Below the pieces are notes generated by a model. The model did not search any database. It worked only from the letters and a program-made list of their open reading frames with translations, and was not told the origin of the DNA. DNA of 64,000 nucleotides from an uncultured Candidatus Saccharibacteria bacterium. GTDB taxonomy: Bacteria; Patescibacteriota; Doudnabacteria; UBA920. Made by a program: the position numbers and the translations under genes. Shown piece after piece: positions 34,600 through 43,208 of the stretch (positions are counted from its first letter, which is position 1; every line of letters starts with the position of its first letter). The DNA lies in the NCBI GenBank assembly GCA_964532425.1, contig CAZHIA010000003.1:201748-265747 (forward strand). The letters are read 5' to 3'.

Positions 34600-36201
34600 T
34601 TAGTATAACGAATTTAAAAGGCTTATCCCGGTCATCTCAGCCGGCTTTTCGATGCCGAACAGATCCAAGATGGTCGGAGCCACATCGCAGACCACACCGC
34701 CAGGCACGTGTTCTGCTAGGTTCTCATACTCGCGCGCCTTAGGCGTGACAAAGCGAAATTCTTCCGCGACGACCAGCAACGGCACCGGGTTGGTCGTATG
34801 GTCTTTGTCTATCTCGCCCGTCTTCATGTTGATCATCTGCTCGACATTGCCATGGTCCGCCGTTACCACCAGCGCAGCACCAGCCTGCAAAACAGCATCT
34901 CGAATCTTACCCAGACACTGGTCCAGCGCCTCCACCGCCGCGATACCAGCAGTTAAATTGCCGGTATGGCCGACCATATCACCGTTGGCAAAATTAGCAA
35001 CGAATAAGTTAGTGTCAGTATGGAGGATTTTATCGACGAGCATATCGGTGAGCGCGTCAGCTGACATGCGCGGATTATCGACGTAATTCTTCGTATTATT
35101 TGTCGGGCTGGCTACAATGTACCGGTCCTCTCCGGAATACCGTTCGCTCCGGCCGCAATTGAAAAAGACAGTAACGTGGGCGTATTTCTCGCTCTCTGCC
35201 ATATGGAACTGCGACATGCCTTTTTGAGAGATCACTTCAGCCAGATTGTTGTTGAGGTTCATGGGTCCAAAAGCAACCTTGACCGGGAAATCCGGGCTGT
35301 ACTCGGTCATAGTTGCGATATACATGTTTTGGAAAGGCTGGTGGCGAAACTGTTCGGGGACAATCTCGGAATTAACGAACATTTCCGTCAGCTGCATCAC
35401 GCGGTCTGTTCGGAAATTGAAAAAGATAACCGCGTCATTGTCGGAGATCCTAGCCACGGGCGCGCCGTCCGAACGCAAAATCACGGTCGGCTTGATCATT
35501 TCATCAAAAACATTCTTGGCATAGTTATTGCGGATACAGTCCTCGGCTGATGGTGCCATCTCCCCTGCCCCGTTGACCAGGGCCTGATACGTCAACTCGG
35601 TCTGTTCCCAATGGCCGCCGCGGTCCATAGCGTAAAATCGACCTGCGATGGTGGCTACTTCTCCAGCGCCGATCTCGTCGATCTTTTCGTGTAGCTTGCG
35701 AAGCGATTCCAAGGCCACCTTTTCGTCAGTGTCCCGGCCGTCAGTGAACATATGGATATATACCGAATGGACATGGTGTTCGACCGCCAGCTCAAGCAAT
35801 GCATAAGCATGCTCGTCCAGACTGTGTACCCCACCCGGACTGACCATACCGACCAGATGCAGTTTGGAATTGTTTTTAGCCGCATGGTCAGCAGCCCCGC
35901 AGAGCGCCGGGTTTCGAAAAAACTCATGCATCTGAATCGAATTGGTAATGCGCGGCAAATCCTGGCCGACTATGCGCCCGGCGCCGATATTGAGGTGTCC
36001 AACCTCACTATTCCCCATCTCGCCCCATGGCAGGCCAACCAGAGGTCCTGAAGCCTGAATGGTCGTTACCGGATAATCAGCCACAATTTCATTCAGATTG
36101 GGAGTCCTTGCCTGGCTAATGGCATTGCCATGGCCCGGATGGGACACGCCAAATCCGTCGAAGATGACCAAAACAACTTTGCTGTATGTTTTATGCTCCA
36201 T
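34600..36201 (-). CDS. gpmI: 2,3-bisphosphoglycerate-independent phosphoglycerate mutase
   Basis: VVLVIFDGFGV, DGRDT, HGNVEQM-type motifs. Confidence 0.9.
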   Translation of the reverse strand: MEHKTYSKVVLVIFDGFGVSHPGHGNAISQARTPNLNEIVADYPVTTIQASGPLVGLPWGEMGNSEVGHLNIGAGRIVGQDLPRITNSIQMHEFFRNPALCGAADHAAKNNSKLHLVGMVSPGGVHSLDEHAYALLELAVEHHVHSVYIHMFTDGRDTDEKVALESLRKLHEKIDEIGAGEVATIAGRFYAMDRGGHWEQTELTYQALVNGAGEMAPSAEDCIRNNYAKNVFDEMIKPTVILRSDGAPVARISDNDAVIFFNFRTDRVMQLTEMFVNSEIVPEQFRHQPFQNMYIATMTEYSPDFPVKVAFGPMNLNNNLAEVISQKGMSQFHMAESEKYAHVTVFFNCGRSERYSGEDRYIVASPTNNTKNYVDNPRMSADALTDMLVDKILHTDTNLFVANFANGDMVGHTGNLTAGIAAVEALDQCLGKIRDAVLQAGAALVVTADHGNVEQMINMKTGEIDKDHTTNPVPLLVVAEEFRFVTPKAREYENLAEHVPGGVVCDVAPTILDLFGIEKPAEMTGISLLNSLY

Positions 36202-36363
36202 AATGATGTTTTTGTTTCGTTATCTGATTACTGAAATCTGCGCCCAGTATTGCCTGTATTATACAGGAAATCGCCGAAAATGAAAAAATGCCCTGCCTCC
36301 GCCTCCGTCGGTTGACGGATGACAGACGACAGGGCGGGCACGGCGTCCAGGAACAAGCCTGGT

Positions 36364-36735
36364 TTAAGCGACTTGGAGGGCGCCAGTGGCGAGCAGTGGG
36401 TGTCCGGCTCGCATAACGTTTCCTCTTCTCGTCTTGACGGGTTGGGGAATTTCTTTGCGGAGTATGTACTCCACGCATCCCCGGCCGTCCGGAGCAAATT
36501 CGATCAGGAATTCGGGCATGCGCTCTCTGAGGCGCAACACGACCGTAGCCAAGTTGACCGGATTGTTGGCATCGCGAAGCACGCGGTCAAGATCTGCATG
36601 GTCACGCAGCGGATAGTCATGGGTCTGACCCTTCGTATCCTTGCGGCTGCGAAACACCGACCAGTCTTCCCTCATTCCAATTACCAAATCGTCGAGGATC
36701 GGTCCCAAAGGGTCCTCAAGCTGCTCAGTATTCAA
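36364..36735 (-). CDS. hypothetical protein
   Basis: AGGAGG SD before MNTEQL; competing plus-strand ORF judged a shadow. Confidence 0.4.
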   Translation of the reverse strand: MNTEQLEDPLGPILDDLVIGMREDWSVFRSRKDTKGQTHDYPLRDHADLDRVLRDANNPVNLATVVLRLRERMPEFLIEFAPDGRGCVEYILRKEIPQPVKTRRGNVMRAGHPLLATGALQVA

Positions 36736-36847
36736 TTCATTTGCCTCCTGCTATGGAATTTTTTGTTTACGCCTCATACAATTTTGAAACGCAATTGTAT
36801 TTAAAAGCAATTTGTTTTTTGTGTCAAGATGTGGACAAATGGAAAAA

Positions 36848-36948
36848 TCCAATTTCCAATTCCCAATTTCTAATAAAACACCCAAACTGACCAGTACCAG
36901 TTTGGGTGTTCTGAATTTTTTGGAAATTAGATATTGGAAATTGGAAAT
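36848..36948. repeat. MITE-like element: CCAATTTCCAATTCCCAATTTCTAAT / ATTAGATATTGGAAATTGGAAATTT arms around 13-bp perfect hairpin AACACCCAAACTG/CAGTTTGGGTGTT
   Basis: immediately downstream of pgk stop; same family as 21091-21188. Confidence 0.6.
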
Positions 36949-38175
36949 TTATTTCAATGCTTCTATCCCCGGCAGTTTCTTGCCGGCTAAATATTCCAGC
37001 ATGGCGCCGCCACCGGTGGAGACATGGTCGATATTCTCAAACTGGTGCGATTGCCTCACCGCATCCACCGTTTCTCCGCCACCGACTACGGCATAAGCCT
37101 TGCGGCCGGCAACACCGCCGATGACGCGCGCCAAAGCCATAGTAGCCGTGCGGAACGGCTTGGCTTCAAAATAGCCTAGCGGGCCATTCCAGACGATGGT
37201 TTTGGCTGCTTTGAGCTCTTCCGCATACATGAGAATAGTCTTCGGCCCAACATCCAGGATCATCTCTTGCTTGCCCACCTCATAGGGCGTACGGACCCGA
37301 ATCGAATCGCGGCTCATATTCTTGTCTGCCACTACGACATCCACGGGCAACAGCAGTTTATCCTTGAAATTCTTCGAGATCTCAAAAGCAATGCGTTCCG
37401 CCCCGTCTTCCGCTTTCGACAATCCGACTTCCATACCTTTCGCTTTGAAGATCAATGTAGACAATCCCCCGCCAAGCAGGATCTTGTCAGCCTTTTCCCC
37501 GAGATGGGTAAGCGTCTTGGCTTTGTCGGAAATTTTAATGCCACCCATGAGCAGGACAAAGGGTTTCTTGTGCTTATGAGTCACGACATCAAGCGATTTA
37601 ATCTCTTGCTCCAGTAACGGGCCACAATATGACGGTAATAATTTCGTAATGACAGCTGTCGACGCGGCAGCCCGATGGCACACGGAAAAAGCGTCGTTGA
37701 CATAGACATCACCCAAACGAGCCAGACACCGCGCGAAATATTTGTCATTCTCCTCTTCACCCTTGTAGAAGCGGAGGTTTTCCAGCATGACAATATCCTT
37801 GGCCGTAATATTCTTGAGCTGGTCAGCGTGCAGGTCAGCCATAATGTTCCCGGTGTAGAAGATGAGATGGCTAATGGGGTACTCAGGCAGCGGGTGATGA
37901 GTTTCCAAAAACTTATACCCTAAATGCCCGGCAAGGACCTTGGCCACGGGCTTCAACGACAAACTCTTATCCCGGCCCTCGGGCCTTCCCAAATGCCCGC
38001 AGAGAATAATGCGATTATTCCCTTCCTGAAGCATCCGAATGGTCGGAATAATGGAGGCAATGCGAAAATCATCCGCCACCTTGCCGGTCTTATCGTCAAT
38101 CGGAACATTCACATCCACGCGCAGAAGGATGGTTTTATTTTTTAGGGTAGTGGGTTTTAGATACTTGATGGACAT
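36949..38175 (-). CDS. pgk: phosphoglycerate kinase
   Basis: MSIKYLKPTT...RVDVNVP; GGGA/GGGETV nucleotide-binding motifs. Confidence 0.9.
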   Translation of the reverse strand: MSIKYLKPTTLKNKTILLRVDVNVPIDDKTGKVADDFRIASIIPTIRMLQEGNNRIILCGHLGRPEGRDKSLSLKPVAKVLAGHLGYKFLETHHPLPEYPISHLIFYTGNIMADLHADQLKNITAKDIVMLENLRFYKGEEENDKYFARCLARLGDVYVNDAFSVCHRAAASTAVITKLLPSYCGPLLEQEIKSLDVVTHKHKKPFVLLMGGIKISDKAKTLTHLGEKADKILLGGGLSTLIFKAKGMEVGLSKAEDGAERIAFEISKNFKDKLLLPVDVVVADKNMSRDSIRVRTPYEVGKQEMILDVGPKTILMYAEELKAAKTIVWNGPLGYFEAKPFRTATMALARVIGGVAGRKAYAVVGGGETVDAVRQSHQFENIDHVSTGGGAMLEYLAGKKLPGIEALK

Positions 38176-38655
38176 ATGATACCGATATACGGATTTGAAT
38201 ACTGATGATACGGATAAATACGGATCACCCCTTCCAGTTATCTATCCTCACAATACGCTTGGGTTTGATGTATTTATCCCGAAAATTGACCAGGATTCCA
38301 AGTTTTAGACCACTCTCTTGAAGGTACCGTTGTACTTGATAATAAACGTCTTTTGTTAATAACCGCTTAGCCTTAAACTCGAGTAGCACCAGCCCTTTCA
38401 CTATACCATCTGCAATATTATTTGAATCCCCGATTCTCACTTCCGTTTCAAACCCTATTCCTTTTTCTTTGAATAAGCGCTTAACCACCTCTACGTATTG
38501 CTTCTCTCGAGCATATGGGCCGACTTCGTTATGTGCCGCAAACAGTACACCATTAATGTCAAACGTCAAATCCTCGTAAATCAGTTTACGTTCTCTAGGT
38601 TTGATATCCGTATTATCAGTATCATCCGTACCCATCAGTATATCCGTATCATATT
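38176..38655. mobile_element. GxxExxY-gene cassette flanked by imperfect inverted repeats of ATACGGAT/CAGTAT units
   Basis: flanks 38180-38224 and 38598-38652 are reverse-complement related; inserted between gap and pgk. Confidence 0.5.
38225..38635 (-). CDS. GxxExxY-family protein (PD-(D/E)xK nuclease-like)
   Basis: HNEVGPYAREKQYVEVV ... VLLEFKAKRLL ... GLKLGILVNFR; paralog of 42768..43127. Confidence 0.65.
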   Translation of the reverse strand: MGTDDTDNTDIKPRERKLIYEDLTFDINGVLFAAHNEVGPYAREKQYVEVVKRLFKEKGIGFETEVRIGDSNNIADGIVKGLVLLEFKAKRLLTKDVYYQVQRYLQESGLKLGILVNFRDKYIKPKRIVRIDNWKG

Positions 38656-39679
38656 ATATACTCTTCCCTACTAATATAGCCTCCTCCACCAGCCTATTGC
38701 TATACCCGAACTCGTTATCGTACCAGGCGATGATTTTAACAAAGTTGCCGTCAATAACCTGGGTCAGCGAGAGGTCGACGATGCAGGAAGCGGGATTGCC
38801 GACAATGTCGGATGACACGATCTGCTCAGTGGTGACTTCCAGGATGCCTTTATACGTCTTGTGCTTGCTGGCTTCGGTCATGGCTTTGTTGATCTCTTCC
38901 TTGGTGGTTTTTTTCTTCAGGATGATGGAAAAATCAGAGAGACTGCCGACTGGCGTAGGCACGCGGATGGCCAAGCCGTCAAATTTGCCGCGCAGCTCGG
39001 GAATAGCCTGAGTAGCCGAAATGGCAGCACCGGTGGAGGTGGGTATAATATTGGCCGCAGCGGCACGGGCGCGGCGCAGGTCATTGGCTTTGCCTCCGGG
39101 CGGCGGTCCGTCAACCAAATTTTGTTCGGCGGTATAACTGTGAATAGTGGTCATGAATGCCTTATCAATACCGAATTTGGCTTGCAATACCGCCATAACC
39201 GGCGTGATGCAGTTGGTTGTGCACGAAGCGTTGCTGATAATCGCCTGATCCTTGTAATCCTTCTGATTCACACCAAGCACAATGGTCGGAGTAACACCTT
39301 CGTCTTTGGCCGGGGCGGATATGATAACGCGGCGCGCGCCAGCCTTAATATGGGCAGACGCTTTTTCACTGTCCGTAAAACGCCCGGTAGACTCAATGAC
39401 CACGTCAACTTTTAACTTGCCCCAGGGCAGCATGCTCGGATCTTTTTCCGCAAAGATCGGGTACTTCTTACCTTCGACCACTACCTCCTTTTCGGTGGCT
39501 CCGATATCCAGCGGAAATTTCCCATAATTAGTGTCGTATTTTAACAAGTGCGCCAACACTTGAGGACTCGTCAAATCATTAATCCCCACTACTTCCAATT
39601 CTTTCTTTTCCAGCGCCAATTTAAAGGCCTGGCGTCCAATGCGGCCAAATCCGTTGATACCAACCCTAATCTTTTTCAT
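38654..39679 (-). CDS. gap: glyceraldehyde-3-phosphate dehydrogenase
   Basis: MKKIRVGINGFGRIGR; ASCTTNC catalytic motif. Confidence 0.9.
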   Translation of the reverse strand: MKKIRVGINGFGRIGRQAFKLALEKKELEVVGINDLTSPQVLAHLLKYDTNYGKFPLDIGATEKEVVVEGKKYPIFAEKDPSMLPWGKLKVDVVIESTGRFTDSEKASAHIKAGARRVIISAPAKDEGVTPTIVLGVNQKDYKDQAIISNASCTTNCITPVMAVLQAKFGIDKAFMTTIHSYTAEQNLVDGPPPGGKANDLRRARAAAANIIPTSTGAAISATQAIPELRGKFDGLAIRVPTPVGSLSDFSIILKKKTTKEEINKAMTEASKHKTYKGILEVTTEQIVSSDIVGNPASCIVDLSLTQVIDGNFVKIIAWYDNEFGYSNRLVEEAILVGKSI

Positions 39680-39691
39680 AGCATCTCCATG

Positions 39692-39790
39692 CAAATTTAC
39701 AGATGGTCACAAATCTACAGATACCTACCTATTTCCAATCCTGCATATCTGTAGTTATTTGTAAATTGGCTACTATCTGTAGATTGGCAT
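39692..39790. repeat. repeat element of TCTACAGAT/TTTGTAAATT family
   Basis: AAATTTACAGATGG...AAATCTACAGATACCTACC...ATATCTGTAG...TATCTGTAGATTGG; same motif set as 22196-22300. Confidence 0.55.
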
Positions 39791-39796
39791 TATTTA

Positions 39797-40024
39797 TTAT
39801 TCTGTTTCAATTAATTTTCTTTGCATTTCGCGCTGCTTGAGCAAATTCGATTTCTTGAGCTTAACCTGCTCATGCGTGACCGGCATCCCCTCATACTCGG
39901 TAGACATCATCAACTGCGCTTTCCAAAACAGCACCGAACCGAATGCTAATACCCCCATAAATACTATAACACAAAACCTTAGCTTGACGTTGGCATTCTT
40001 GACTTCGCTTCCGAGTAGCCCCAT
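39797..40024 (-). CDS. hypothetical small membrane protein
   Basis: 75 aa, one TM helix. Confidence 0.35.
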   Translation of the reverse strand: MGLLGSEVKNANVKLRFCVIVFMGVLAFGSVLFWKAQLMMSTEYEGMPVTHEQVKLKKSNLLKQREMQRKLIETE

Positions 40025-40092
40025 GTCTTTCTAGAAATAATTATCTGTACAAACCGATCTATACTGCTTTTCTATCACTAATACCAATCTGA

Positions 40093-41109
40093 CTATTTTC
40101 TATTTTTATATACCTCATCTATTACTCGCTGTTTCACTTTATGATCCGTGATAAGCACCGGCTGGTACGACTTCTTTTTCTTTAACTGAGTTTCTATGAC
40201 GTGCCGGCTCAAGAGTCCAGCTTGCGGCCCGATATGCTGAACTACACTCGCCGCATTGACCGTTCCCCACCGTAACGCTTCCCGATGCGGCAACCCGTAC
40301 GCCAGAGCCGCTATGTACGCCGTAGTGAATGAGTCCCCTGCCCCGGTCGCCTCGACGCGAGGACCGGGAAATTCCGGAATGTAATAAAAACCCTCGCTGC
40401 TCAAACTGAACGCGCCGCGCTGGCCATCGGTCAGCACAACCGCCTGCGGTCCAAGCTTGACCAGGCGTCGGCACAATTCTTCCGGGTCACGGCCGCAGTC
40501 ACCCACCCAGCCTTGCGCCTCTTCGACATTCAGTGACAGCAATGCGGTCCGCTTGAGTATCTGTTCATTAGCCTTGAGACCCTTGCGAAGCTGGAACGTG
40601 CCGGGATTGAATCCGAGCTTGGCCTCATACCGGTCAATATATTTGGCCAGGTCGCCATAGATCTTTTCAAAACCATTAGCCAGGCTGGTTAAATAGATCC
40701 AGCGTGCAGGTACGAGGTTCGGCAGTTTGTAAGTCCGGTGCTCGTGATACACAAATATCGTTCGCTCACCATCGTGGGAGAGCACGGTCGAGGCATTTGT
40801 TCCGTGGCGTTCATCAATCACGATAAACCTTGTCGAAACCCCTTCCTTCTGCATTTTATAGATTATTTCGCGGCCGCCGACATCGTGGGCCAGCACCGTA
40901 TAGAACGCCGTTTTAAGACCCAGCCGCGCCGAACCAACCGCGTTATTGGCAGCATTGCCCGCCACGGTGCGGTAAAATTCCTGAACCGGCAGTTTGTCGC
41001 CCCAGCTGATAATCGCTTTCTGCTGGCCCTCGATATCCTTGATCTCGACATCTTTAACGAACAGGAATGTATCAATGGTCGCATCGCCGATGGAAATAAT
41101 GTCAAACAT
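40093..41109 (-). CDS. PfkB-family carbohydrate kinase (ribokinase/fructokinase-like)
   Basis: MFDIISIGDATID; GGNAANNAVG; GAGDSFTTAYIAALAYG anion-hole/catalytic motifs. Confidence 0.75.
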   Translation of the reverse strand: MFDIISIGDATIDTFLFVKDVEIKDIEGQQKAIISWGDKLPVQEFYRTVAGNAANNAVGSARLGLKTAFYTVLAHDVGGREIIYKMQKEGVSTRFIVIDERHGTNASTVLSHDGERTIFVYHEHRTYKLPNLVPARWIYLTSLANGFEKIYGDLAKYIDRYEAKLGFNPGTFQLRKGLKANEQILKRTALLSLNVEEAQGWVGDCGRDPEELCRRLVKLGPQAVVLTDGQRGAFSLSSEGFYYIPEFPGPRVEATGAGDSFTTAYIAALAYGLPHREALRWGTVNAASVVQHIGPQAGLLSRHVIETQLKKKKSYQPVLITDHKVKQRVIDEVYKNRK

Positions 41110-41283
41110 GACAAATAGTGACTAGCGATTAATGAATAGTAAACAGTAAATAGTTTCGGACAATTAAATTACAGAACACCCACGACTACACTCAAGACTT
41201 CTTAGTACGTTCCCTCTCCAATTCATGGACAAGGGTACCCCAAATTTGCCAAAGGCAAATGAGAGGAATCCCCTGGAGAGAGG

Positions 41284-41786
41284 CAGGGAGAGGTTAACAT
41301 ACGACCTTCCTGATGGTTTCCAATATCCCTTCCATGTTACTATCTAAATCATTATTCCAGAATCTTAAGACCGTATACTTGTGTTCTTCTAAAAACTCTT
41401 GTTTGCTTTTGTCCTTCTGTGAGACTCCTATGGTACCATGTTGGCTGCCATCGAGTTCTATAACCAATCTTTTGCTCTGGCAACAGAAATCTACTACATA
41501 ATCGCCAATTGGCACTTGCCTCTTAAATTTAAGACCATTAAACCTGTTCCCTCGCAAAAAATACCATAACTTAGCTTCCCACGGGGTGGATTTCTTTCTG
41601 AGAAGCTTTGATACTATTGTCAGGTTTTTCCCTTCCAGAATCTAACCTCTCTCCTGTCCTCTCTCCATGCAATGGAGAGAGGAACCTTCTACACAGACTT
41701 TCTGATATTTATAATTCGCATAGATAGTATTAATTTCCACAGTACGTCCCCTCCCCAATGCATGGGGAGGGACAGGGAGAGGTTAA
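41284..41786. mobile_element. DUF559-gene cassette bounded by 14-bp direct repeats CAGGGAGAGGTTAA
   Basis: direct repeats at 41284-41297 and 41773-41786; internal CTCC...CATG...GGAG palindromes (41659-41682, 41746-41773). Confidence 0.5.
41294..41557 (-). CDS. DUF559 (Vsr-like endonuclease fold) protein, N-terminally truncated
   Basis: VPIGDYVVDFCCQSKRLVIELDGSQH ... VLRFWNNDL; TTG start. Confidence 0.6.
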   Translation of the reverse strand: MRGNRFNGLKFKRQVPIGDYVVDFCCQSKRLVIELDGSQHGTIGVSQKDKSKQEFLEEHKYTVLRFWNNDLDSNMEGILETIRKVVC

Positions 41787-42763
41787 AGCCGGGGTTTGTT
41801 TTTCCTCCCCATTACCTTCTTTACCGCACTGACAATGGCTTTTGTACCCATTCCGTATTTTTCGGCCAGTTCATTAGGCGTACCTGACTCGCCAAACACA
41901 TTCGGCATGCCGACCATTTCGATAGGCACGGGGCAGTGCTGTGCCAGCACCTCGCAGACCGCACTACCGCAGCCAGCCATTGTCTGGTGTTCCTCCAGTG
42001 TAACTACGGCCCCGCATTTTTGTGCTGCTGCCACAATCGTCTCAACATCGATCGGTTTGATGGTGTGATTATTGATCACCATCACGCTGAGACCTTCTTT
42101 TTCGAGTTCCCGGGCAGCAAGCAGTCCGCTGTAGAGTATCGGCCCGCTGCCGATTATCGCCGCGTCAGCTCCCTCCCGAAATACGACAGCCTTGCCGATC
42201 TCGAACGGAGCGTCCTCAGTGGTCATCACGGGCGACTTTTCCCGACCCAGTCGAAAATATACCGGTCCGGTAGTTTCAGCGGCTGCTATGGCCGTTTTTT
42301 TGGCTTCTACGGCATCACACGGAACGATCACGGTCAAATTCGGGAGGACTCGGGTAATTGCCACATCTTCGAGCGCCTGGTGAGTCGCCCCGTCAGGGCC
42401 AACCGAGACTCCGGCGTGGCAACCGGCAATCTTTACATTGGCCTGGCTGTAACATACGCTCACGCGCAGCTGATCCCAGGACCGTCCCGGTGAGAATACG
42501 GCATATGAGGTCACAAACGGAATCTTTCCGGCCAGCGCCATCCCCGCTGCCACACCCATCATATTCTGTTCAGCTACTCCACACTCAACGAACCGTTCCG
42601 GGTATTGTTTAGCAAACGCTTCAACGCGGGTGCTTTCTGCCAGATCCGCGGTCAGCACAACCACATTCTCGTCGGCCGCCCCGGCTTCCAATACACCATC
42701 ACCAAAACCATTACGAGTAGGGACTTGTTCGATGTCAGGTTGTCCAATCTTAGAGTTCAACAT
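41783..42763 (-). CDS. transketolase, C-terminal (pyrimidine-binding) subunit
   Basis: PTRNGFGDGVLEAG...; start ATG lies inside the left TIR of the adjacent cassette. Confidence 0.8.
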   Translation of the reverse strand: MLNSKIGQPDIEQVPTRNGFGDGVLEAGAADENVVVLTADLAESTRVEAFAKQYPERFVECGVAEQNMMGVAAGMALAGKIPFVTSYAVFSPGRSWDQLRVSVCYSQANVKIAGCHAGVSVGPDGATHQALEDVAITRVLPNLTVIVPCDAVEAKKTAIAAAETTGPVYFRLGREKSPVMTTEDAPFEIGKAVVFREGADAAIIGSGPILYSGLLAARELEKEGLSVMVINNHTIKPIDVETIVAAAQKCGAVVTLEEHQTMAGCGSAVCEVLAQHCPVPIEMVGMPNVFGESGTPNELAEKYGMGTKAIVSAVKKVMGRKNKPRL

Positions 42764-43208
42764 AATCCTAATTCCCCGAATTAATATCCAAATTCCCCGA
42801 ATAACTGCTATTAAGTACGCGCTTTGGAGACAATCGATACGCTCGAAAATTAACAAGCAATCCTAATTCTAATTTAGATGCTGTTAAATATCTTTGCATC
42901 TGCAAATAATCTTCTTTAGTAATATATGGTTTTGCTTTGAGATCAATAACTATTTTATTCTCAGCCAAGAAATCAACCCTGTTTCCCTTAGGTGATCCTT
43001 CTATGAATAGTTTAATTTCGTACTCCCGTCGATACTCAATTTGTTCTTCTATCAACATTTTTTCGAATTCATCACAATACTGTCTTTCCGACGCAAAACG
43101 TCCCAGCTTTTTATGGACCTTAAACACAATCCAACAATTTTATATGATAATTCTGGCTCCACTATTTGAGGCATTTGGATTGCAGTATTCGGGGAATTAG
43201 GATTATGT
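42761..43208. mobile_element. 448-bp TIR-bounded cassette encoding a GxxExxY protein
   Basis: TIR CATAATCCTAATTCCCCGAAT at 42761-42781, reverse complement at 43188-43208 (21 bp perfect; ~26 bp with internal duplication on left). Confidence 0.7.
42768..43127 (-). CDS. GxxExxY-family protein (PD-(D/E)xK nuclease-like)
   Basis: VDFLAENKIVIDLKAK ... ELGLLVNFR; C-terminal 12 aa encoded by the TIR. Confidence 0.6.
   Translation of the reverse strand: MFKVHKKLGRFASERQYCDEFEKMLIEEQIEYRREYEIKLFIEGSPKGNRVDFLAENKIVIDLKAKPYITKEDYLQMQRYLTASKLELGLLVNFRAYRLSPKRVLNSSYSGNLDINSGN

Noticed and set aside
36319-36804. 161-aa plus-strand ORF competing with 36364-36735 minus-strand ORF
   Set aside because: No SD and runs antisense through a minus-strand ORF that has AGGAGG plus ATG; translation has no recognisable features. 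The minus-strand call itself is low-confidence.
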